Shown one piece after another: positions 18,434 to 30,300 of a stretch of 51,413 nt of DNA. The notes below the pieces were generated by a model that did not search any database, was not told the DNA's origin, and saw only the letters and a list, made by a program, of their open reading frames with translations. Both the position numbers and the translations under genes were made by a program. Origin of the DNA: Deltaproteobacteria bacterium (GTDB lineage Bacteria > Desulfobacterota > Dissulfuribacteria > Dissulfuribacterales > QOAL01). Positions within the stretch are counted from its first letter, which is position 1. The number at the start of each line of letters is the position of its first letter. The DNA is taken from contig JALWYO010000077.1 in assembly GCA_026992735.1 (NCBI GenBank), forward strand, positions 1-51,413, written 5' to 3'.

Positions 18434-21400
18434 TTAATGTCCCCTGTCAATGGCACGGATACGCACTGCACATACCTTGTATTCGGGGGTCAGGGTCTTG
18501 TTATCCATGCCGTGACTTGTGAGAACATTGGTAAGATCATCCTGGAAATGAAACGTCATAAACACGGTACCAGGCTTGCTCCTTTCCGTAACAGTGGCCA
18601 CAGCCTTTATGCTACCCCTGCGTGACTCTATCCTTACGGTATTGCCATCTGCAATACCAAGGACCCTGGCGTCATCAGGATGGATTTCCAGCAGTTCCGT
18701 CCCTGCGATCTGATCAAACCCTTGGCACCTTCTGGTCATGGAGCCGTTATTGTAATGCTCCAGTCTCCTGCCGGTAATCAGCACCAAAGGATAATCCTTG
18801 TCTGCCTCTTCCTCGGGCACGATATATGAGACCGGCACAAAAGAGGCCCTTCCCCTGGGGAAGCGCTTGGTGTGAAGCAACGGTGTACCAGGATCCTGTT
18901 TTGAGCTACATGGCCAGACCTTGCCATCCTCACCCAGCCCCTGATATGTGATTCCCCCGTAAGAAGGAGTCAGGGCAGCTACCTCGGTCATTATCTGTTC
19001 CGGGCTGGTGTATATCATCGGATAGCCCATTGCCTGTGAAATAAGACAGATAATCTCCCAATCAGCCTTGGTGCTGCGCCTGGGAGGTATCACCTTGTTG
19101 ACTTTTCTTACACGCCGTTCGCCACTGGTAAAAGTGCCTTCTTTTTCATAAAAACATGCTGACGGAAGCACCACATGAGCGAGTTTTGCCGTCTCTGTCA
19201 TGAACATATCCTGCACCACTACAAAATCCATGGCCTTCATGGCCTTGCGGACATGTTCTATGTTGGACTGGGTATGGGCAGGATCATATCCTACGCAGTA
19301 AAGGGCCTTGAAGCTGCCATCCAGGGCAGCATCGTACATCTGCGGCTCCATAAGCCCCTTGGTCTTTGGAAGCGCCTTTACACCCCAGGCCCTGGCAAAA
19401 CGCTCCAAGACCTTCTGATCATCAGTATCCTGATAACCAGGATAGATATACGGCAAGGTGCCCATATCACAAGAACCCTGGACATTGTTCTGCCCCCTGA
19501 GAGGATTGATGCCATTGTTGGGCCTGCCAACGTGACCAGTAGCAAGTACCAGATTTGCAAGGGCAATAACACCGGCAGTACCGCCTTTGTGTTCTGTCAC
19601 CCCAAGGCCGTACAGAATCATAGAGTTCGCAGAAGTAGCATACAGCCTGGCAGCCTTCCGTATCAGTTCCGGCTTCACATCAGTGAGCTCAGCCATCCTC
19701 TCGGGAGAATAATCCTTGCAATGTTCCAGGATAGCATCAAATTTCTCTGTGCGTTCCTCAATGAATTTTTCATCCAGAAGGCCTTCCTCGATAATGGTAT
19801 GAAGCATGGCATTCAGCAGCGGGATATTACTGCCAGGCCGGACTCTCAGCCATATACCAGAGGACTGCTCATCTGCAATTACTGCCAGGTCGGTCCTTCT
19901 TGGGTCAATGACAATAAGCCTTGCCCCTCGCTTGACAGCTTCCCTGATCTTCAGGCCGATTATGGGATGTGCCTCAGTGGTATTTGCCCCGCATATAAGG
20001 AGACAATCTGCACCAATTATCTGCTCAAAAGGAGTTGTTGCTGCGCCGCTTCCCAGTGTTGCCAGCAGACCGCTGACAGATGGAGCGTGTCAGACCCGGG
20101 CACAATTGTCCACGTTGTTCGTGCCCCATGCGGCTCTCGCAAGCTTCTGAAGAAGGTAATTCTCCTCGTTTGTGCAGCGGGATGATGCAAGCACGCCCAT
20201 GCTGTCCGGGCCAAACTTGTCTCTTATGGCAAGAAACTTCTCGGCAGTTATTCTCAGGGCCTCATCCCATTCCACCTCTCTGAAAGGCTCTTCTACACTG
20301 TAACGGACAAGTGGGAGCCGAAGTCTCTCATGGTTTCTGTAAAATGAATAGCCAAACCGTCCCTTTACACACAGGTGACCAAAATTGGGAGGCCTGTCAG
20401 GATCTGCCTTCACCTCAAGGATAGCGCCATACATGTGAACTACGTCAATACTGCAGCCTGTACCGCAATAGGTGCATACTGTCTTCACTGACGACAATTG
20501 CGCAGGCAGAAGCGGCACCACGCTGTCCTGCTTTGACAGCGTACCTGTCGGGCATACATCCACGCAGGCACCGCAAGAGACGCAGTTCTGGTTTATCTTT
20601 ATGGAAACATCGTCAATAAGGCCGGTCTTCTGATCAAGAGTGAGATCCAACTCAAAAGCATCGTACTTGCAGCTTCTCACACACCTTGTGCAGCCTATGC
20701 ACTTGTTGGCATCCACCACGATAAATGGATGAGACTTGTCAACCTGGTACTTTAGCCTTGTCCTGGCCTTATTGGCCTTGACCTTGTAATCAACACACAT
20801 CTCACGATAACTGCATTTGGACAGGCCAAGGCATCCGCACTGAAGACAGCGCTTGGCCTCCCGCACGGCCATCTCCTCGGAAAATCCAAGCTGGACCTCG
20901 CCGAAATCCCCTGTCCTTCTCTCAGCAGGCCTGGCTGGCATGACCTCGTTAAGCTGAAGCTCATAGCCCTCAAAGTTGTGCATATCCACGTCTTCAAATC
21001 TCTTGCCCTTGGTGAAGTTGAAGCGTGGCTCAAGCACGGAAGGCCTTTCCTTTGTGAGATATTCGTGTATGGATTCTGCGGCCCTCCTGCCGCCTGCCAC
21101 AGCCTGTATAACCGTTCTTGAGCCAGTGGCTGCATCACCCCCTGCGTATATTCCATCCACGCTGGTCTTCATGGTGCTTGGATGGGCCTTTATGGTATTG
21201 CGAGGTGTAAGCGCTATAGATGCCTCAAGTTCGCCATAGCTGTGAAACGTGGGATCTCCTTCCTGGCCAAGGGCTGAAATAACAGTATCCCCGGTCCAGA
21301 AAAGCCTGGACCCAGGCATGGGAATCGGGCGCCTTATGCCGCGCTCATCAGGCTCGCCGAGTATGGTACGGGCCATCTCCACCTTGAGTTGCCCGTCTTC

Positions 21401-22564
21401 CTTCATAATCTTCAGAGGTGTGGCCATGAGAAAGAACTGCACGCCTTCCTTTTCCGCCTCTTCTATCTCCCTCTGATGCGCAGGAAGCTCTACCCTGGAC
21501 CTTGGATAGATAACCGTAACATTCTTTGCGCCCAGCCGCCTGGCGCTCCTGGCAGAATCCACAGCTATGTCACCGCCGCCGACAATAAGCACCTGGTCTC
21601 CAATCTCTGGCTTTGCCCCCATGTTTACTTCCCTGAGGAAATTAAGGCCGCACCTGGCGATTCCCGCACCTTCTAACTCGAGCTGTTTCTGCCGGGACAG
21701 GCCGGTAGCAATAAAAATGGCGTCAAATCCCTGGTCTCTAAGGGTCTGCAGGGTAAAATCCGTCCCCCATCTCTTTCCAAGCCTGGCATGTACGCCAAGG
21801 TTGAGGATGCCCTGGACCTCCCTGTCAACTTCCCGGTTTGGCAGCTTGTAGCCCGGGATGCCGTATCTCATTAGGCCACCGAGCTTGTCCTCTGCCTCGA
21901 AAATGGTAACCTGATGACCCTGTTTTCTCAAAAAATAGGCACAGGAAAGACCAGCAGGGCCACCACCAATGATAGCTACCTTTTTACCGGTAGGCTTGCC
22001 TACCTCTGTATCCCTGAACCTTGCCTCACGGGCATGATCTGCCACAAATCTCTTTAGATGGTTGATAGCAATAGGCTCATCCAGCAAAATACGCCTGCAC
22101 CTGGTCTCGCAAAACCTTGGGCATACCCTGCCTACTGCAATGGGGAGGGGATTCTTTTCCTTTATGAGCATCAGGGCTGCGAGATACTCCCCTTTTGCTA
22201 TAAGGTTCACATAACCCTGGACGTTTATGCCTCCGGGACATGTGAGGTTGCATGGAGCTCGGCAGTCCCCGTAGTGACTCTCTGCCAATACCTCCAGTCG
22301 CTCCTTTCGGAAGGCATCCAGGTCTCTATTGTGGACCTCTATAACTTGGCCATCTCCTGCAGGAGTAGCACAGGCCCTGACCCTGCCAAGACCCTCTATC
22401 TCTACCATGCACAGGAGACAGGGATTGGAAGATGCTTCCTCACCCTTGATATGACAGATGGTTGGAATTTTTATGCCCGCCGCTGCCGCTGCTTCAAGGA
22501 TGGTCTGACCCTTGACCGCAGCCACCTGTTTGCCGTCAATGGTTATATGAATAAGTTCAGCCAT
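18434..22564 (-). CDS. fdhF: Selenocysteine-containing formate dehydrogenase catalytic subunit fused to [2Fe-2S], GltD-like FAD/NAD(P)H and 2[4Fe-4S] modules (1376 aa)
   Basis: ORFs 20090-22564 and 18434-19807 are in frame and separated only by TGA 20090-92 in 'DNCARV-U-HAPSV'. Intervening codons translate open ('GANTTEAHP', 'IVIDPR'). Also 'CTYCGTGC', 'LRGQNNVQG', 'TPEYK'. Confidence 0.93.
20060..20078 (-). promoter_or_regulatory. SECIS element of the FDH gene
   Basis: UGUCAGC-GGUCU-GCUGGCA hairpin starting 11 nt after the UGA; spacing and GGUCU loop resemble the E. coli fdhF SECIS. Confidence 0.85.
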
Positions 22565-22659
22565 GACACCTCATATGAATTAAGACTTATATGCAATCCG
22601 TTATCTACTGCTGCAATCATGCAAATGAACGCAAGGCCACCGGCCTGTATCTTCACAGT

Positions 22660-22693
22660 AAAAAAATGGTGGGCAATAAACACAACCCACCAT
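22660..22693 (-). terminator. Intrinsic terminator downstream of acsE
   Basis: ATGGTGGG/CCCACCAT stem followed by a T run on the minus strand, about 50 nt after the acsE stop. Confidence 0.7.
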
Positions 22694-22742
22694 CAGACAA
22701 TACTTCGTTCCAGCTCTGTTGCAACCTGCCAGGACAATTACA

Positions 22743-23633
22743 TTAAAGTTCCAGCCAGGATTCGGAAAAGATGGTCTTGCCCATAAGCACCCTGGTAGTC
22801 TTGTAATATTCCAGCTCCTTGTCTGAAAGAGAAGATGGATCCGGATCATTGTCGTCCATTATATCATGAACCAATTTCAGCAGTTCCGGCCTTTCCCCGT
22901 GGGCCAACTCTATGAGCTCGTGGTCATATGTGTCCACAATGGCCGACCAGACACCGTGTTTCATGAGCATTGCAAGAAAGGCACGGTTGAGATATGGCCG
23001 AAGCTTCGTATCCACGCCATTCGATACATTGGAAAGACCCACAGTACTCTTGGCACCGGGAGCGATGTCAGGCAGCATTGACATGAATTCCAGCCCGCTC
23101 ATCACCTGGTCTGAACCCAGGGTAATTGGAGTGGCTATCGGGTCCACGAGTATCTTCTCATTGGGTATGCCTGCCTCGTTCATGGCCATTAAAAGGTCTA
23201 TGGTCATGGCTGCCCTTTCATTGGAATCCCTCGGCATGCCGTCCACTCCCCAGAGAAGCCCAACCACAAAACATCCTGCCTCTGCTGCAACAGGAATGAG
23301 CTTTTTCATCCTCTCAGGCTGGAGAGAAATGGAATTCATGATATGACGTTCCGGATGAGCAGCCGCCTTCATACCTGCTATCAAGGCATCCGCATTTGTG
23401 GTGTCAAGAGAGAGCGGACAATCTGTCACATCTTCCACCACGCTGACGATCCAGGGCATGAGATCCGGCCCGTCTTTTCTGGCAGGGCCGATATTCAGAT
23501 CCAGGAAGTCTCCTCCATCTGCCACTTCCTCATGCGCCATTTCCACGATAGGTCTGGGGTCCCTGGCCCTCATGGCACTTCCTGTGCGGTTCCCCATGAT
23601 ATTTATGCTTTCAGCTATACATTGAACATACAT
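22743..23633 (-). CDS. acsE: Methyltetrahydrofolate:corrinoid iron-sulfur protein methyltransferase
   Basis: Pterin-binding barrel 'IAESIN', 'LDLNIG', 'LSLDTTN', 'MNSIS', 'GLSNVSNG'; follows acsC. Confidence 0.9.
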   Translation of the reverse strand: MYVQCIAESINIMGNRTGSAMRARDPRPIVEMAHEEVADGGDFLDLNIGPARKDGPDLMPWIVSVVEDVTDCPLSLDTTNADALIAGMKAAAHPERHIMNSISLQPERMKKLIPVAAEAGCFVVGLLWGVDGMPRDSNERAAMTIDLLMAMNEAGIPNEKILVDPIATPITLGSDQVMSGLEFMSMLPDIAPGAKSTVGLSNVSNGVDTKLRPYLNRAFLAMLMKHGVWSAIVDTYDHELIELAHGERPELLKLVHDIMDDNDPDPSSLSDKELEYYKTTRVLMGKTIFSESWLEL

Positions 23634-23675
23634 GGCAATTTCCTCGCTCAAATTACTACTGGCTTCAGGCCAGAC

Positions 23676-25031
23676 CTAATCTTCCGGGCTCCATTTTTTC
23701 AAGAATGGAGGCAGATGGCTTGCTTCCCTGGGACCTATCTGTATCTTCCAATCAGGCAGCTCCTCCTCCAGCTCGCCCTTGATAGAGGCAAGATAACCGG
23801 GAATGATAATGCTCCTGTGCTTTACCTTGTCCTCTATGCCGCTCTTTTTAACGAACTGGGCAATGAGATCTGCGCTGAACTTCCCGGCAGCCCAGGCCGT
23901 AAGCACTGAAAGGCCTTCGGTATCCTTGATAAGCAGCCATGATGGAACCTTGCTCCCCTCTATCTCACCAGAGACAATGAAATAGGTCAGGGAGAAATTA
24001 CACGTCACCAGCACTGGAGAATTCTCATCAGGGCCATTGATGGGATATATATCCTCCTGGACAACCATTGGACGCTGTGGATCCGTAAAGATATTCAGGC
24101 GCTCCAGGAGAAGCGGGAAAAGCAAATCCCCCTGCAGATCGGACAGAACCATGATGCCTGCATACTTGGCCACAAGAATAGAAGCAACAACCGTTTCCAT
24201 GAACGGATCATCGGTCATCTCGCAGGGGAATGTAATAGTAGGAAATCCCAGGGGTTTGTACTTGTGTTTTATGGCCGCGCGTCTGCATACAATCTGGTCT
24301 TCAAAAAGGCTCTTCATTGTGCGGGCACCGGTATCCAGGACAAGGTCCTTGAACCCGTCGGCCTGGAGCTTTTCGGAAAGTTTTGCAGTCCCGCCAATAT
24401 TTTCACCACGCACTGCCAGGGGACAACCTGTATCCTTTGCAACCTCAGCAACAGCATCAGCATTGGATTCAGTGGCAGCATAGAGAAGCGGCACGTGTTC
24501 CCCGCAGGCCTCGGCCCCTGCCTTCAATACATCAGCGGCTTCGCTCATGAGTATAAGGGCGGCATCAGGACACTTGGAACGTGCCTTTTCAACCAGGGCG
24601 GTAAATGCTCCTGCATCACCAGAGCTGTCCTTTATGGCCAGGAGGTCTGCCTTGAGCTCGACACCCACCCTGTCATAACGAAGTGCCAGAAAACGGTCCA
24701 TCCTGCCGTCTATATCACCGTCATCCATGTCAGTGGTGAGTAGTACAGCTATACCTGTTGGATGCTCAAACCTCTTTTCATGCCTGGAAAGGCAGGTCTC
24801 GCCACCGAAAACAAACTTATTCTCCCCGCTTCCAAGGGTGATTGTCCGGATTGGAGGTGCACTGGCCTCGCTGACTGTTTCCTTGACCTCGTCAGAGACA
24901 TAAGGGCAAGCATCAATTTCAACCTGGCCTGCTGCCACCTTCATGGCAAATGCCAGACACGTAGGTACTCCACACTCCCCGCAATTCTTCTTGGGGAGCA
25001 TTTTCAGGATCTCTATTCCAGTAAGCGCCAT
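23676..25031 (-). CDS. acsC: Corrinoid iron-sulfur protein large (gamma) subunit
   Basis: 'LPKKNCGECGVPTCLAFAM', 'IFTDPQRP', 'NFSLTYF', 'SVLTAWAAGKF', 'GPREAS'. Confidence 0.97.
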   Translation of the reverse strand: MALTGIEILKMLPKKNCGECGVPTCLAFAMKVAAGQVEIDACPYVSDEVKETVSEASAPPIRTITLGSGENKFVFGGETCLSRHEKRFEHPTGIAVLLTTDMDDGDIDGRMDRFLALRYDRVGVELKADLLAIKDSSGDAGAFTALVEKARSKCPDAALILMSEAADVLKAGAEACGEHVPLLYAATESNADAVAEVAKDTGCPLAVRGENIGGTAKLSEKLQADGFKDLVLDTGARTMKSLFEDQIVCRRAAIKHKYKPLGFPTITFPCEMTDDPFMETVVASILVAKYAGIMVLSDLQGDLLFPLLLERLNIFTDPQRPMVVQEDIYPINGPDENSPVLVTCNFSLTYFIVSGEIEGSKVPSWLLIKDTEGLSVLTAWAAGKFSADLIAQFVKKSGIEDKVKHRSIIIPGYLASIKGELEEELPDWKIQIGPREASHLPPFLKKWSPED

Positions 25032-25046
25032 GATCCTAAGCTCCTC

Positions 25047-27254
25047 TTAAACTACGCTTTCCATAGAAAGTGCAGGATGATTCTTTTCCTGCAGATATTT
25101 CAACACCTCATCTTCGGCGATGCCTACCTCTTCATCTGCTATGAGGTCAAGAAGATCAGGCACTCCTTCCTCCTTTGCCCTCTCTTCCAGGCGATCCCTG
25201 AGTTCCTCTTTAAGCATCTTGGGCATCCATACTACCCTCTTGAGCCCGCCTTCGGCCTGCATGAACTTCCTGGAGCATATGTAGTGCTTGGACACTCCAA
25301 GAAATCCCGGGGTGACCTGCCCGCCTCCAACCATGCCTGCCAAGGTGGTAAACTTCATCCCGCTGGGGGTCATGCCCATATAATCACGGTTGACTATCAT
25401 TATGCCGTTACACATGGGAAGCATGGTGGCAATGCACTCAAAACAGCCGCAGGCAGTCATTGGGTCAACCATGAGTGAATAGGCGCTGACCTGCTGCACC
25501 TTGCCCCTGGACGCCTTTTTTACGAACTCGTTTATTCCTTCCCACTGGCCCAGCTTTGGATCAAGACACTTACCCTTTTCTATGGGCTGGTTCGGGCCGG
25601 TTGGGTTTATCTCATATGATGCCTTTCCATCCAGCCAGTTGTATGCGCCGCACATGCCGATACGTTCGGGTGTGATTACGCATACGTGGCTCGGAGCAAA
25701 AGACTGGCAAAGGGTGCAGGAATAGAAAATCTCCTCGCTCTCGTCTGTCATGGAACCAAGACGCCTGTCCCTTTCTGCATAGACCTCCTTGGCAAGCTCG
25801 AGGACTTCCTTGACCTTGTCTTCCACTGTGTAGATCTTGACCTGAACTTTATCCAGGATGGCACCAAAATCCTGGTGGAGCTTTCCATGAAGTATCCTGC
25901 CGATATGCTCGAACTTGAAGCCCTTTTCTATGGCTGCCTTCCCAACCCTGAGCCACATGATGTTTCTCTGGCCAATGTGCATTATACCCTGGGCATAATT
26001 AATGAGATGATGAAACTGGCGTTCAAGTATCGGCTCAAAGTCAGGCTGCATCTGCCTGCCTGCGACTTCAACCAGAATGGCCAGAGGCAGCTTGTCGCCT
26101 TCCTTGCAGTCTGTCATCTCAGGGCCTTCTACAATAACCTTGCCGTCTTCCACCTCGTCCATGTCCTTGGAAACCAGGACTTCTACACCAAGGGTCCTTC
26201 CGCCGCCGCATTCGAGATAGAGATCATCTTTCCTGATACGCTCGCCCTCAAAAGCTGGGCCGTAGGAGACAGGAATGTCTATTTTGGTAACGCTGACCTT
26301 AAGCCCCCTGACCTCGATGGCCTTCTGGACGATCTCGTCATGAGGGACCTTGCTCACCACATGCTCGTAGGTGCAGATACCAGTTGGGAGCACTTCCGGG
26401 ATATCCCAGTCGGAAATGGTGGGGAAACCCCAGTTTATGGCACCGGCGGCATTGGCATACCATTCATCCGAGACCGGGCCGAATGCAATGACAAATGCAA
26501 AAGTACGATCCTTATTATAGATAAGATTGCCCTTGTAGTCTCCAGGCTTTATGCCTCCAAATGCCAAGGCCACGCGACAGGCAAAACCTATTGAAAAGAT
26601 AGTAGAAGTATATGTAGGGCCAAATGGTACAAGCCTGGTGGACCAGCCTATCTGCACTTTCCTCTTCAGGAGCTGATCTGGAAAATATATGCCGTCGGTC
26701 TGGTCATGCAAAAATACATAGAGGTTCTTCTCCTGAAGCTCAATGGCTATCTTTTCCGCCTCCTCTGAACTGGCAGGAGAACCAAGGATAGCAGCAAAGC
26801 CCGGAGCCGTGCCGTCCACGAACTCAACGCCTCTCTTCCTGAAGATGATATCGTCTGCAGCTCCCAACCAGTAGTTTCCACTGGATGGTGGATCTTCGGT
26901 CTTGGTATAGTACTGCGGTTCTTCTATATATCTTATTGCCTCGAACATCTCCTCTGCAAAATAGGTGGCCATGCCTGCATCCAATGCAGGTGCCAGATAG
27001 GGAAGCCAGAGGTCATCTGTAACCGGCGGAGGCAGCAGCTTCCTGCATTCCTGAAAGATCTCCTTCATGTCTCCGAGCTGCTTAACCGGTGCCCCGAGCA
27101 TGCTGTATATGATAGGCAGATAATAGGCCGTGTTGGGAAAAGCTATTTCCTGCTCAGGTCCGTACTTTTTCAGGGCCTCTTCAAACTTTTCCTCGGCCAT
27201 ATCCACTATCTTGTGAGCGCCTCGGATGGCTGCAGAACAGATTATCTTGGACAT
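25047..27254 (-). CDS. acsB: Acetyl-CoA synthase catalytic subunit (bacterial type)
   Basis: 'FPNTAYYLP', 'GPAFEGERIRK', 'CTLCQSFAPSHVC', 'MTACGCFEC'. Confidence 0.98.
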   Translation of the reverse strand: MSKIICSAAIRGAHKIVDMAEEKFEEALKKYGPEQEIAFPNTAYYLPIIYSMLGAPVKQLGDMKEIFQECRKLLPPPVTDDLWLPYLAPALDAGMATYFAEEMFEAIRYIEEPQYYTKTEDPPSSGNYWLGAADDIIFRKRGVEFVDGTAPGFAAILGSPASSEEAEKIAIELQEKNLYVFLHDQTDGIYFPDQLLKRKVQIGWSTRLVPFGPTYTSTIFSIGFACRVALAFGGIKPGDYKGNLIYNKDRTFAFVIAFGPVSDEWYANAAGAINWGFPTISDWDIPEVLPTGICTYEHVVSKVPHDEIVQKAIEVRGLKVSVTKIDIPVSYGPAFEGERIRKDDLYLECGGGRTLGVEVLVSKDMDEVEDGKVIVEGPEMTDCKEGDKLPLAILVEVAGRQMQPDFEPILERQFHHLINYAQGIMHIGQRNIMWLRVGKAAIEKGFKFEHIGRILHGKLHQDFGAILDKVQVKIYTVEDKVKEVLELAKEVYAERDRRLGSMTDESEEIFYSCTLCQSFAPSHVCVITPERIGMCGAYNWLDGKASYEINPTGPNQPIEKGKCLDPKLGQWEGINEFVKKASRGKVQQVSAYSLMVDPMTACGCFECIATMLPMCNGIMIVNRDYMGMTPSGMKFTTLAGMVGGGQVTPGFLGVSKHYICSRKFMQAEGGLKRVVWMPKMLKEELRDRLEERAKEEGVPDLLDLIADEEVGIAEDEVLKYLQEKNHPALSMESVV

Positions 27255-27342
27255 ATTCTTTCCTCTCTAAGTTTCTCTTTGAAATATCGTTCAGGCTGTT
27301 TGCCTGAAAAAATCTCCTGAAATTCGTAAACAAATCCGGGCA

Positions 27343-30300
27343 TCAAAGCATGCCTTCCACAAGGGCATCGGCAAGGGCAGCAGCCTTGGGATGCCTCATG
27401 ACCATGAGTTCCCCGCCTGCAAGCAGGAGGGCAGAGGCAGTTATAGCCTCCATAAGCACCCCTCTTCTCTCCTGGTCACCCAACATGCCGTCAGACGGGA
27501 GTCTCGTCTCCTTGGCCTTCCAGACCTCCCGACCCAGGTTTACGATAAACGGGCATGAAAGCTTGTCATCCTGCTGGGTAAGGGCAGCCAGCCTGATCCT
27601 CTCCATTACTGAATAGGTGTATTCCAGCCCGTAACCAACAGCGCCGATGGAAGGATCCATAAGGATGTGATCCAGATGGACACCAAGGTTCTCCAGCAGG
27701 ATATTCAGCTGTTTCGCAAGATTTACATCAATAGGCGTAGAGGCTACCACCGGATACTGGAATGCCATTGCTGTAGCGCCAAGAGTCCTGTAATTGGCAT
27801 CGCTAAGCGGGCCCAGGCAGACTTTCTTGTCACCAATCCTGCCAGTGACCTCCCTGAGTGTCTCGGTGTCCTTTTCTGCATTACCGCAACCCCACAGGAT
27901 TATGGGGACATCTACTGCCTCTACAACCCTCTCAGCCACTTCAGCAGCCTCGGCCGGTGAAGCATCTGCACCATTTGGATCAGTGCTGACCAGAGACAGG
28001 CAGATTGATTTCGCATTGTACTGTTCCACGCACTTCCTGGCCCATTCCGCAGGATCTGAGAGGCAGTCTGAAAAATATTTCGTCAGAACATCAGGCCATT
28101 CCTCAGGCTCTGAATCCAGTACCTCGAATGCCACCCTTGGTGGATTAGGCATGTCGCCTTCAAAATTGTAAAAGGGAAGGGCAGTTTCCCCACCTACTGA
28201 AAAGGCATTTTCTCCATCACCCAGCATTACGCTTTGTATCATCCCTGAACAGGACTCCATGTAGACGTCTTCCGGTATGTCTCCCGCCCTTTCGGAAAGC
28301 GGGGGCTCATCCTTGGCAAGTGGCGTAACGGACAGATCCGAGACCCCCTCGCCGGCTGGCGCCGATATCTCAACCTTTGGAGCCTTGGGCTCTGGTGCAG
28401 GTTTCTCCTTCTTTTCTTCCTCTGCCGCCTTCTCAGGCTTCGCTGGCTTTTCCTCAGCAGGAGCAGCCTCTGCCTCTTCTTCCTTCTCTTCCTCTTCCTC
28501 TTCTGCAGGGGCTGCAGCAGGCTCAGGTGTCTTTTCCTCTTCAACAGAAGGGGCACCGGCTGCTTCGGGAATACGAATTCCCTCCTTGTTTTTGGCCCTG
28601 TTCAGGCCGTCCTTTGCCTTCCCATTCTCAGGATCAAGGGACAAGGCCTTTTCAAATTCAACAACGGCCTTTTCATAGTCGCCATTCATCATGGCAACGT
28701 TGCCCCTTGCAGTGTAACGGATTATCCACTTTTCCTTCCACCAGGTTTCATCCACGCCTTCGGGACAAGGCGGCAAAAGGCCTTCCGATTCCTCTGATTC
28801 TGATGGTTGAACTGCAGAAATCGCCTTCTCAAGGGCAGCCTTGGCCTCGGCAAGACCGGCCTTCGCCTTTGCATCTTCCGGATCGATACCAAGTGCCTGC
28901 TCAAAGGCCTCGATGGCACCATTGTAGTCACCACTGTGAAGCGCCAGGTTGCCTTTTGCAACCAGGTTTACAACCTCTTTATTCCTGGCTGGCTTCTCTG
29001 GCTTGACAGGCTCTTCCACCAGGGCCTCTGCTTCCGGCGGGGCCGGTGCAGCTTCTGGTACAGGCCCTGCCGGTTGAGGCTCAGCAGGCCCAGGAGCAGG
29101 CGGGGCCGGTGCAGATGGTGTCACAGGGACTGGCGCCTGGCCAAACTGCAACATGAATTCCGCTTCAAGGAATCTTCTAAGGGCCTCAAACTGCGTATCA
29201 TCAAGCCCCAGGACCGTCTTCAATGCCTCGAGACCAAGATTCAGTGACTCCAGCACCCGCTGCTCCCTGCCTGTAAGTGGACCTGCCGGCCCAGGAACAG
29301 GTGGAGCTGCAGGGGGTTGCGGTTCAGGAACAGGCGCTGATGGTGCTGCTGCCTGTTTTGCTTCAAGTTCCTTCTTTGCCATCTCTATTTCTGCTGTAAG
29401 TTTCTGGACTTCGGCCTCTTTGCGGCTTGCCATAGTCCTTGCCTCCTCTACCTGTTTCTTGAGATCTGAAATCTCAGAGGCTATCTTTTCCTTTTCCTTG
29501 ATCACTAGCTCACGGGAAGCTTGGGCCTCTGTTTTTGCCCTTTCCAGTTCTTCCTCCAGCTCTATTCTAATCTCTTTTCTGGCATCCTCCACAGCCTTTT
29601 CAATGGACTGGGAACTTGACAACACTGGTTCGATGCCCTTTGGGTCAGGCCTGTTGGAAAGCCCTGCCCTCTTGACTATCTCAGGCACAGCCTCTTCCCA
29701 CTCGATTGCCATCACATGTACACCGGCCACCCCGGGAATATCCTGCACCTGCTTTATGATATCGACGCAGATATTGATGCCCTCTTCCCGCTGATCAGAA
29801 GCATCGGAAAGCCTGGACAGCACGTCATCAGTCACATCCAGGCCAGGCACGAACTTCTTCATGTATCTTGCCATGCCCAGGGACTTTGGCGGGGTTACCC
29901 CGGCGAGTATATAGCATTTTTCATGAACGCCCAGATCCCGTACCATCTCCATGAACCTGGCAAATTTTTCCACGTTGTAGATGATCTGGGTCTGCACAAA
30001 ATCTGCACCTGCAGACACCTTCTTTGCCAGCCTTACAGGCCTGAACTCAAAAGGATCTGCAAACGGATTGGCGGCACAGCCCAAAAAGAGCCTTGGCTCA
30101 TTGCCTTTTATCTCCTCACCACACTGAAATGCCCTATCGTCCCGCATGCCCCGGACCATCTGAAGAAGCTGTATGGAATCCATGTCAAAGACGCCCTTTG
30201 ACTGGGGATGATTGCCGAATTTCTGATGGTCACCGGTCAGGCATAGAAGATTTTTTATGCCGAGGGCCGCGGCCCCCAGGATATCTGCCTGCATGCCGAT

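Noticed and set aside
20090-20092. FDH as a pseudogene or two genes split by a stop
   Set aside because: TGA sits at the catalytic Cys/Sec position, the frame stays open and conserved, and a SECIS follows.
27290-27312. Hairpin TTCAGGC/GCCTGAA before acsB as a terminator
   Set aside because: On the coding strand the U run lies 5' of the stem; at most a processing or stability hairpin.
28400-28560. Low-complexity CTT/CCT-rich DNA as a tandem repeat or CRISPR
   Set aside because: It encodes the Glu/Lys/Ala/Pro linker; no fixed repeat-spacer period.
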